The notes beneath the pieces were generated by a model. The model was given only the letters and a program-made list of their open reading frames with translations. It was not told where the DNA came from and made no database searches. This document shows, in pieces, positions 53,973 through 64,000 of a DNA stretch of 64,000 bases (its first letter is position 1; each line of letters begins with the position of its first letter). The position numbers and the translations under genes are program-made. Location of the stretch: the NCBI RefSeq assembly GCF_000497125.1, contig NC_090599.1, positions 1,488,001 to 1,552,000 of the forward strand. Reading direction: 5' to 3'. The DNA is from Spironucleus salmonicida (Eukaryota).

Positions 53973-55886
53973 ATGATTAACATAAAAATTGAAATGACTA
54001 CAAATCTTAAAAGTTTAAGATTTTTTCCATCTAATTAAGTAATTTAGTAGACATTTGGTCTTGATATTTCTTTATTCAACCAATAAATGTTTTATCTTAT
54101 TCTATTGTCTATAGGATTTTATATGATGATACTAGCAATCCCAGTATTATATGCCTACTAAGATATACATAATAATGAGCTAAATACATTAACTATGTCA
54201 CTGCAAAGTTCACTTTTACGTGGATGCCTGTATTATTTTGGTTTGTTGTCTCTCACATTTTCTGCTGGATTCTTTAGCAGTCTAAGAAAAGCATAGAAGC
54301 ATAATAATAAAAGAGTAGATTTACTGATTATGAATATACCTTAAAATACCAGCGAAGATTAAATTATTAAATCAGTTGAACATATCTCAGGCAATTACAC
54401 TATTAAAACTATATTGAAGATTGTAAACCCTAAAAGCTATAATTTATAAGAAGATCTTTATTTAAGAGAGAAAGAATTTTATGACAGAATAAAATAAGAT
54501 GGAGCTAATAAAATGAAAGAATAACAAGGAAAATTTTGGAAAAAAATGAAATTAACGAAATTTGTTTAATATTTTGGATTTTATAGAGACTATGATTACT
54601 ATAAGTCGTAAATAACATAACTTAATCTTAAAATTAAAATCAGTGCCTTAGATTAGTTAGAAGAAGAGGATGCTGCAATCGTAACATTCAAAGAATTTAA
54701 TCCAGCACAAAAAATTTTAAAGAAATCTAAAGGTATTTTTGGATTTAAAATATAAAGCTCTCGAGTGCGTGTTTTATTTGCTCCTCACCCTAATGATATT
54801 ATTTATGCAAATTTGGGTGTTAACAATAAAGTACGATTTGGAAAATAAGTGCTTACTTTTTTAATTGTTATTATTATTTCATTTGTTAATTTTCTAATTT
54901 TATGCTGGATGCGTTAATTAGAAAGAAATCTACAAGATAAATAACTATCTTTTGCTGGTGGATACTTTGTATATATTGGAATATTTGTTGTAATGATGCT
55001 TTTAGATTTAATTTTCAGACCAGTATTGTATTGGGCTAATTATTTTGAATAACACGTTAGCTATGGAGAAAAGGAGAGATCCTGGATGGTTAGATTATTT
55101 ATTTACTCTTTACTCAATAAATTAAGCATGATATTTTCAAGAAATTTTGTAGCGTTGCTAAATCTAAAAAATAAAGGCTCTGATTACCTGAAGGGTTTGG
55201 CATAAGTATTTTAATATACAACTATTTGGAGAAGAGGATCGGACACAGGTGGGTCAGATTTAATCTCATTTATGTGGGTTTGTATCATTATGTATCCTAT
55301 TTTAGAATTTTTAGCTCCGATACTATACAAATTATGCTAGTACTCAGCGGCAACTACATAATATGACAAAGAAATCGCCAGGAATGGCACAGATATTAGG
55401 TTTACATCTGTATGGACATCGGTCTTAGTTGTATTTTGTACCGTATTTAGTTTTGCTTCTGTATAACCAGAAATAATTTTAATGTTTGCTTTATTTTGCT
55501 GTATATATGGAGTTAGCCTCAAGGTAATATAAAGATATCTATGCAAACGTCCTTTTTAAATAAATGGTGTGGCTCAAACATCTGAAATCGTTATTATATT
55601 TTCTATTTTAATAGCAGTTTTCTTCTTATCAATTACATATGATAACTGGGCAGTATGGTTTGCTTGTGGAATAATATTCGTTATTTTCACTTATATTGGA
55701 AGTTTATTTATATTTTAATCTGTTATTATTCCATATGTTAATAGTACTGAAGCTTTTTTGGAAGAAGAAAGTAAATTGTATTAATTACCTAAACCATTTT
55801 ACAGTATTTTGGAAAAATAATAAATAGAAAGTGCATCTGATCCATATTATACTACTCCGAGAAATCTTTAGTCTTCCTTTATTTGA
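53973..55886 (+). CDS. OSCA/TMEM63 (CSC1) mechanosensitive cation channel family, 637 aa
   Basis: FGLDISLF, LLIMNIP, AAIVTF, APHPNDIIYANL, FEQHVS, multiple TMs; start may be 53994; ends TGAGTGA. Confidence 0.88.
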
Positions 55887-55921
55887 GTGACATTATAATA
55901 AGCTAATATTAATAAATAAAT

Positions 55922-56557
55922 TCAAAGCTCACCAATATCTTCAAAACTGTCTTCAAATATATCTAGATTTTAAGATTTTATCTCTTACAATTTTTCCTAA
56001 ATCATATCGAGGTGTTATGTAACTGCATTTCTGGCCTATATCTCCAAATCAGATTTACCTTTTATACAGACTTATATAATATTATCTCTTATCCATTAGA
56101 GAGCTTCGTTTGCTGTTTCTTATTATTTCATTGCTGCAGCTGTTGTGAAAAAGTGATAAACTATATTAATAGCTTAAACACTATGTACTTAATACTTCTG
56201 AAACGTTTTAAAAGCAAGAAGCAATTATTTATATGCATCCTCTGCAGTTATACTACCCTGTTAGAATTAGATATCTGTAACGAAATGAATAAGTTCTGCG
56301 TTAGTAGCTGGATTCTATTCTGGTTAGCAGTCATTAATAAGAAGCAAAAATTCTTATTCTTTTTTCATATTCCCTAATTTGGCATAAATCTTAATTAACT
56401 TCATATATAATGAGCAGAGTTCTGGAGCAGCCTTATTATTATTAAATGTCTCCATTCCTATTTCAAAAGCTTCAAGCAAATGCTACAAAGCTTCATCAAA
56501 CTATCCAATATAAGAGTAAAAGGTGGCAGTTCTAATCAATTCATTAATTTCTTCCAT
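55922..56557 (-). CDS. TPR-like protein, 211 aa
   Basis: ATFYSYIGQFDEALQHLLEAF and LIKIYAKLGNMKKE TPR-like helices. Confidence 0.7.
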
Positions 56558-56617
56558 TACTCATTACATAAAAATTTTAATATATAAATCATTATCTCCC
56601 TCTTTCCACTCCTTATA

Positions 56618-57673
56618 ATGCCAATCTACTAACCAACACCATCTAATATTGAATATTTAGCAGTATAACTTAAAGCAAATAACCTAGTTGCTATCCCCAC
56701 CGAAACTGTATATGGTCTAGCAGCAAGTGCCTTGTCCCATGAGGCCTGCTAGAAAATATTTACTGCGAAGCAGCGTCCGCCAACAGACCCACTCATCGTG
56801 CATGTTCACAATATTTAATAGATACAATATATAGCGTAGATACCGTATCCTAAGACTTTTAGTTAATTAACAAAGCTATGGCCCGGCCCTCTTACAATAA
56901 TTCTTCCTAAATTGCAAAATATACCAGAAATCGTCACAGCTGGAGGACCCAATGTTGGTATCCGTATTCCTAAATGCCAGTGTACTCTCGAACTATTAGA
57001 AAAATCTGGCCCTCTCGCAGCTCCTTCTGCAAACAAATTCGGTCACATTTCACCAGTTTCTGCGCTTCATTGCGCTTCGGAATTCATTGATTTAGACGTT
57101 TTGGACGGTGGAAATTGTGAAATAGGCATCGAAAGCACCGTTCTGGAAATTATCGCTGAAGGGAAAATATATGTTTTCCGAAGAGGTGGAATTACGTAAA
57201 CAGAAATTTTGGAGGTAGTTGAGGGAGCAGATATCGAGTTTCGCCAGGTGAGTGCCAGCGCAGTCGAAGTGCAGACGGCTCCCGGATAGCTCCTGACACA
57301 TTATGCAATTAAAGACTGCCAGAGTGTTTTCCTGGCTAAAAATGAAATTCAGATGGACCGGGTTCGCTATTTGGATAAAATAGTGTTTTATGGGCTGAAA
57401 ATCGGTATAATAAACTATGGATTTTCGGAAGCCCAACTTGTTGCATTTTAGAAGAAGCAGGGAATTGAAAATCCAGTTATTATGAGTATCTCTGACAAAC
57501 CTGAAAAACTCCTGTATTCGAGTTTAAGGTAAATGGAAGACTTAAAAGTTTAATACTGTGTTATAATTCCGGATTTGACGACCCGTAATGGATCTCCACA
57601 AGGAATTTATGCCAGCGTGTTTGATAGAGTTTTTAGGTCTTGTTCTGGGACGTGTTTTAAGTATAATGAGTGA
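56618..57673 (+). CDS. SUA5: threonylcarbamoyl-AMP synthase Sua5 (t6A), 351 aa
   Basis: VAIPTETVYGLAA, AKQRP..PLIVH, WPGPLT, GIRIP, AAPSANKFG, GIESTV, APGQL..HYA; AGTGA stop. Confidence 0.95.
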
Positions 57674-57679
57674 AAGTTT

Positions 57680-58027
57680 TCATTTCACTTTAATTGGATA
57701 AGAAAGCAAATATTAGATTTAACTAGAAATGCTTGCTGATGGGGGGTTTTAGATTATTTTTTGAATCGAGTCTGGTTTTGGTTAGAGAAGTAACTTAGAT
57801 TAAATATCATTTTAAATAAAAGCTATGTCATAAGGATTTTAGCTTAGATATTTTATTTCAATTTTTGGTTTTTAAGACTAAATATTTTGCGTAGCTAAAG
57901 ACTAAATACAAGTTTAGTCATTAAAAACCGTTGTGTATTCTCTCCATATTTATTAAAGCATTTTCCGCATTAAATACCCTCTTATTGCGGCTTGGATTAA
58001 CTGAATAGATTTAGTTTAAATGTTCAT
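57680..58027 (-). CDS. IQ calmodulin-binding motif protein, 115 aa
   Basis: LIQAAIRGYLMRK matches IQxxxRGxxxR; the frame stays open upstream to ATG 58315, so the start is uncertain. Confidence 0.65.
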
Positions 58028-58450
58028 TATTGGAACAACAGAAATAGTAATATAGTATTATATTATTGGTTACTTAGTAATTAATATAATATTTATTTTC
58101 ATTCCCTAAGGGCTGATGGGAGGAATTTTCCTAATTTATTAATGAAAATGATCAGATGACGCCAAACCCAATGATGATATTTGTACCACGCTGATGTAAC
58201 AAAAAGATGAATAAAATTTAATCTTAGGGTTGTTGCCAAATATTTATATTGCATATTTTTATTTTTATTCTTAATTATACTAACTAAAGTTAACCCAAGT
58301 ATTGTGCGAAATCATATCGTAATTAGGGCCCACTAAATTCAATCTAGTTCTACTTCCTCATATTTATTCACTTATTATGTATTACGCAAAAAAAATAAGT
58401 AACTATAATTATATAATATTAATACTACCCCGAGTATTTTCTAAAATTCA

Positions 58451-59950
58451 ATGGAGAAAATTAAAGTATTTTTACGAATACGTCCTTCAACTGAAAACGT
58501 AATTTTCTTTGCAGACAGTAATACTACACTACGTGTAAATTAAAATGAATCTGGTTATCACTTTGACCAAGTACTCGATCAGCAAATTACAAATTCTGAG
58601 CTTTTTGCTCTTCTTCACCCACCAATTCATTCTTTCCTAGATAATTTTAATACAACAATTTTAGCATACGGATAGTCAAATTCTGGAAAGACTCACACAA
58701 TGTTGTCAGATGATGGTTTGGTGTTCTAAAGCGCCAAACTTATTTTCTAACATATAAAAAGTTTCAAACTTTAGATTTTAGAACTTTATAACGAATAGTT
58801 AATTGATCTATCAACTGGTGTTTAGCTAACTATATTTGAGAAAAACAACATTACCTAGCTCAAAAACGCGTCGGAAACTCTAGTAAATCCAGATAATTTT
58901 GTGCAAATTCTTAAAACTTTACTCAATAAGCGTGCAGTTTCATCCACTAAACTCAACTAATCCTCTTCACGTTCACATCTCCTAATTAGATTTATTAACG
59001 AAAATAATGCTATTCTAACATTTGCTGACCTTGCTGGCTCAGAAAAATAATCTAAAACGTAAGCAGAAGGTTAATAGTTAAAAGAAGCAAACAATATAAA
59101 TTCAGCCCTGCTATCACTCAGTAAAGTTGTTTTTGCTCTTGCAAATTCGTAAAAATTTATCCCTTTTCGGGATTCTAAACTAACCAGAATGCTCCAAAAT
59201 TCGCTTGGTGGAAACTCAAACTGTTATATTATAGGATGTATATCTGGTCTAGAAGTTCATAAAGAGGAGAGCTTGAATTCTATAAAATTTTGCTAGCGGG
59301 CGATGGATATATAGAACTAAGTTGTTTAAGTTAAAAAGGAGGAAAGAATTGATATTTTAGAGCTTAAAAGAGAGATAGAAAGGCTTTAGGGGTTATAAAA
59401 TGAACCTGTATAAAAATGTGACTTTGGAGCCTAAGAAGATAAACTAGAGGTATTTTATGGAGATTTGTATGAAGAATAACATCAAATAATCAATAATATG
59501 GTAAATAGTTATTGCAATGAAATACGAGAGATAAAACAGTAAACTTAAATATAGTAAGCGAAAAATACATTAGAGGTAAAAACTTAGGGGGTTAAAGAAA
59601 TGTTTAGCTTTGTGAATAAATATGTTAAACGAGTTAAACGTTTGGAATAATAAGTTGATAATTTGCTTAGAGAATAAAAGTAATATGGTAATGCATCTAC
59701 ATAAACTGAGAAAAGTGTAGATAATAGTTATAAGGTGTTAGATTCTACAATTATTTCGTCATTAACTTTAAGTGGTTTAGACACATAATCAAACTAACTA
59801 GCATCAACTTGTAATTAATAGACTATCATGAACACCATGGTAAGTAGTGAAAAGAGGTCAGCTGAGGAAAAAATATTAGATAGAACACGAAGTATAAAAT
59901 GTAAAAGACATTAAGACTTAATCTCATCTTTAGAAGGCACAAAAGATTGA
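58451..59950 (+). CDS. kinesin motor protein (N-terminal motor + coiled coil), 499 aa
   Basis: IKVFLRIRP, FDQV, AYGQSNSGKTHTM, LELYNE, NQSSSRSH, DLAGSE, IPFRDSKLTRMLQNSLGGN. Confidence 0.95.
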
Positions 59951-60000
59951 TTTTATTACATATTATGTATATTTATGTACTAGAATATTCAATTTTATAA

Positions 60001-61002
60001 ATGAAAATTTTGTTGTAGGTTATAACAAAGTTCTAAATATTATCACAGCTGAATTTCATGTCTAGTACTAGTGATATTAACTTCTGTTCCTCTATAGAAA
60101 ATAATGTCCTTGGGTAACGTGGATGTAGTACGACTCCAATCGCTTTAGAAAAAAGTATACACAATGATACAGATTTTACAATTATATTAGGAGATGTTAC
60201 AAATTCATTAAATTTTCATACTCCACTGAACGAGCTTCTTTTTTAATTTTATACCAAACAAAAGCTTCTATTCCCAGTTTTTGGCTATTCTGATATAATT
60301 GATAAGCCTGCCTCCATTTATAGTGTTTATTTTAGGTATTATTAACAGAATGCCCTTTTTGGTAGCTATGCGCAAACTTTTAGAAATACATTCGAGAGAG
60401 GTGGGTATTATTATTTTACGAAAAATAAGGCGATATTCGTATTTTTAAATATCTATTATAACCAAGACGAGCAGCAATTTTGGTTAAATAATTTAATTTT
60501 ATCTTATTAAAATTTTCATTGCCATATATTTCTTTCGGATTATCAAAAATTAGAACCTTTATTTAAACGTTATTTAATAAATATGTAATCCCATTCCACA
60601 GTACATACATAATACGACCATGCACTCAAAATATCTTTTAAACTTCCCAATATTATATATCATTCTAATTTTAATATTATTGATCGTGAAAATTATTCAT
60701 ACCGAGTGCTTACATTTAATCCTAAGTTAGTCGAATTTCAATAATACGCTTTAAATATACAAACAACTTAAATAAGTGAGGAGTTCACATCTCTTTCTTT
60801 ACCTTAGTTTAGTACTGGGTTTAATCAAGAAACAATATTAAGTGCAATAGAATCAATAAAAGTAAACTAAGAACTATTTTAGTAAATTTTATCATCGCAG
60901 ACATCATCCTCAGATCATGGACTACTAGAATACTGTTCGGGATTTGTAATTTCGAACGAATAACTTGTAGAATGTATGCAAACAGGTGAAATAAATGAGT
61001 GA
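60001..61002 (+). CDS. degenerate acid-sphingomyelinase/PPN1-like metallophosphoesterase, 333 aa
   Basis: GQRGCSTTP, DFTIILGD, PVFGYSD (GNHD position), TFERGGYY, FLN..Y..DEQQFWL, C-terminal C..C; AGTGA stop. Confidence 0.7.
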
Positions 61003-61009
61003 ATATCAA

Positions 61010-61837
61010 TCAGAAAAATAGATCTAAGTCTAACTCATTTAGATCTTCATTACTCATAATGCATCTAATTCCACCATCTATATTGATATAGACAAAATAG
61101 TAGTTCCCTTTAAATTTTATTCCTTTTATTTATGATTATGACAATCCAAAAATTTATTTCCCTATTTAAATGTTACCAGTTTGGTTAACATAACAAAGGA
61201 CTTCATCAATATATGAAAAATATTAGACTATGTCTGTTTCTAATATCTATCCATTAAACATAATTAATTCATTATTATATGCTAGTTATTGTGCTTTCCC
61301 TCTCACTATTTTTTGTTCGCTCCAACTATTAGTAAATACTCTTTTAAGAATCTGCCCATCACTCTTCTTATAATAAAGGGTTAATTGTTATTTTGATTCA
61401 CTAAGTATAATATTACTTTCATCCACATTGGTATCTATCTAAGATTTAACAAAAACCTATTACCCTTATTAATTTATCAGTATAACATCAAACAGTTTGC
61501 ATTAATACGAATAAATTATATGAAATTCTGTAGATTTTGACACTGCATGAAGTTTGCTAGCTAATATATTTAGCGTCGCCCAACCTACATAAGGAGGGTA
61601 TGAAACATATAGCTTAGAATCAAATCCTATTGATACCAATATATCTTGTCCAATTAATTATCGTACTCTACCTGGAATTTAAATAAAATCAGAAAATTTT
61701 TCTGTAAACTAAGATATAAAAGGTTAGGATTAACTATTAAGGGCAGTGATTATGATTTATTAACTGTTTGAGAATAGATTAATACTATTGAATAATGTTT
61801 CATCAATAAGTCCTATTGCTTTCTCAACGAATTTCAT
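61010..61837 (-). CDS. beta-rich hypothetical protein (propeller-like), 275 aa
   Basis: MKFVEKAIGL...DGGIRCIM..LDLFF-TGA. Confidence 0.7.
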
Positions 61838-61884
61838 TTTATATACTATAATCGAATAATATTAATGATAGTATTATATTAAAA

Positions 61885-62460
61885 ATGTTTGGATACTTCT
61901 CATCAAAAATTACTGACTTTTTGAAATCTAATTCATCTACCGATACACCTGAATCATTTCTATAGTTAAATATAAAGTAGCTAGAGACATTATCCAAATT
62001 AACTACAATACCATGCAATTAGTTACATTCATATTTTATTGCTTATTATGCTTAAGAGATTACTCCTAGTATAAGCAAGGTAATTTTAGAGTTGAAATAT
62101 GATCTTCTTAAGTAGATCTAACTTAACGACTGCCTATTACATATAAATCAGCTTTCTTAAAAATAAATCAAAGATTTCATCAAGCTATCAAGCACACAAT
62201 TCAAAGTTTTCACAGAAGCCCCAAAATTCTTATAAATCTTTATTAAAAGTGCTATTTAGTGCATTCGTAATTTTTCGATTATTGATTTTTTAACTTCTGA
62301 GAGGACTTTAGCTCAACAACATATATTTACAGAAAATAAAACCTACAGAGAAGAGTTTATCAGTCTAGTTTATGGATTAATTGAACAGATAGAAGTGGGA
62401 GAGGAAGAATTTTGCATGGAAGAGGAAGATATGTGTTTTGCCATAGCCAACGAGATATGA
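61885..62460 (+). CDS. hypothetical helical protein with acidic tail, 191 aa
   Basis: MFGYFSSKI...AIANEI-TGA. Confidence 0.7.
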
Positions 62461-62492
62461 TTAAATTAATTATTTTCTTTTTCCGTTCCTTA

Positions 62493-63047
62493 ATGGGCAA
62501 AGCTGAAAATAAAGCGAGGCTTCTTCAATTTTTAGAGACCGAAACCGGTCTTACATCTGTCGAAATGTGCAAAGAAGTAGAAAACAGCAGCCTCCTTGAC
62601 CTTGCATCACAAAAACTCAGCATGGACGCGAAGGTTGTAGAATTCTCTTTTAAAGTTATCCAGGACAACCTATACACTGAAACAATGAGATTAGAATATC
62701 TTAATATGCGATTTTCTATTATTAATTACCTTTTCGGAAAGGGTGTACTATAAAACACCTGGAATTTATAGGCAGAAGCGCTGAAGGAGCTTATTTCCAA
62801 AATATAAGAAACTTACAATTAGTTTCCAACATTTTTGGTATCATAAAGGGTGAGTTCTGTTGTCAAGTAACTTAATAATACTTCACAGAAGCGGAGTCTT
62901 ATGGGTATCGTACTTAACGAATTTGGTGTAATTTCTAATTTCTAAGATCTCAATGTAAAGGAGTATTAGCAGAAATTAGGTGGTATATTAGATAAAGTTA
63001 GGAAAATGGAAGGAGATGGGGTTAAATCTAAGAAAAAAAATAAATGA
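62493..63047 (+). CDS. hypothetical protein, 184 aa
   Basis: MGKAENKARLL...KSKKKNK-TGAGTGA; pyrimidine-rich leader. Confidence 0.75.
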
Positions 63048-63061
63048 GTGAAAAAAAGATT

Positions 63062-63997
63062 TCATATATCGGATGCATCAGAATAAATCGGTGGCAGATT
63101 ATAGAGATCGCAAGTGCGTAATTTTTTAAGAACAAATCGAGAAAACTTTCCTCTATTGTATAATGTCACTAGAGATATCCATGAAAAAATAACTATAACT
63201 ATAAAAATTAACGAAATAAAAAATGAGATCTAGCTTAAATTGCCAATTTGATCCTAAATTTCTAGTTTATTGGTCTACACACAACCTAGTAAATTCTTAA
63301 TGGAGTAATCCATTTAAAGAGTCTATTAAAATTTCAACTGGATCGATAAGTCTTTAAATTCTGTGCCTTGTGTAACAAAAAGATTAAAAATAGACATAAC
63401 TTAAACAGTTATATTTTTACCCTAATATGGCAAATCAGATAAATAATCAAAATATGCAATTTGGCTTACATTTAATTTCTAATCTACATATACCTAAGGA
63501 ATAATCATTTCTTGGTTTTAAAATATGTTAAGGATAAAATTTGGAGAAAAGAATAAACTACCTGCTGAAAATAATGATAAATGATCAGTAATTAATTAAG
63601 GATTATTTCTTATACTTTTAGCACTTATAGTATTCTATATATTAGGATAAGGTTATAATGGTGTCAATAGATGAGTAATCGACGTTTGTATAAGTTCTAT
63701 AAGTATGTCATAATTATATCCAGCATATGCACATTGTGGGGAATTAATCAAATCACAACCCACTAGACCTTATAGTTTTGCTATATTATTTTATGTTTGT
63801 GAAATAACTTTTTATGTAATTAATAATTAATTTTACTATACTGCATATTTATATAAAGCCAGTGTCACCATTAACTATAATAATGTAAATACAACTGTCA
63901 ATGTTGTAAAAATTGAATGAATATAAGAAAATTTAGAAAATTTATATAGTTGCCTTATAGAAAAATTATCATCGCATTGTATATTATTTCTTTTCAT
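63062..63997 (-). CDS. two-TM protein with large loop, 311 aa (may extend beyond window)
   Basis: N- and C-terminal hydrophobic helices; frame open to the window edge. Confidence 0.7.
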
Positions 63998-64000
63998 AAT

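Noticed and set aside
58113-58194. Box C/D-like words (ATGATGA 58171-58177, CTGA 58191-58194)
   Set aside because: Spacing too short for a complete snoRNA and no recognisable rRNA guide; competing short ORFs also unsupported.

Overview
AT-rich, very gene-dense eukaryotic genomic DNA with no visible introns. It uses a non-standard genetic code (TAA/TAG = Gln, TGA the only stop; translation table 6), so the supplied ORF track shows only fragments and antisense shadows. The code, the very short intergenic spacers and an AGTGA signal fused to many stop codons point to a hexamitid diplomonad (Spironucleus-like); the taxon is inferred. Re-translating by hand with table 6 gives about 58 CDSs tiling nearly the whole window. 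Recognisable genes: RER1, ZMYND12, a WCGDC thioredoxin, an NAD-dependent epimerase, a SNF1/AMPK-family kinase, VIP1/PPIP5K, dynein light chain LC8, ALG14, bystin, two SH3 proteins, an LRR protein, SAC1, a cytosolic carboxypeptidase, a class I cyclic-nucleotide PDE, an ARF-family GTPase, an OSCA/TMEM63 channel, SUA5 and a kinesin. Strongest novelty candidates: (1) a PDE with an apparent 7TM + RGS-like + PDE architecture, head-to-head with a second 7TM gene; (2) a VIP1/PPIP5K with a tandemly duplicated histidine-phosphatase domain; (3) a stand-alone toxin-like nuclease-family protein; (4) a membrane-anchored HECT lacking the canonical catalytic Cys; (5) recurring local C-rich to G-rich skew flips, the clearest centred on a GC-rich island. 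All family calls come from motif recognition by eye, not database searches.
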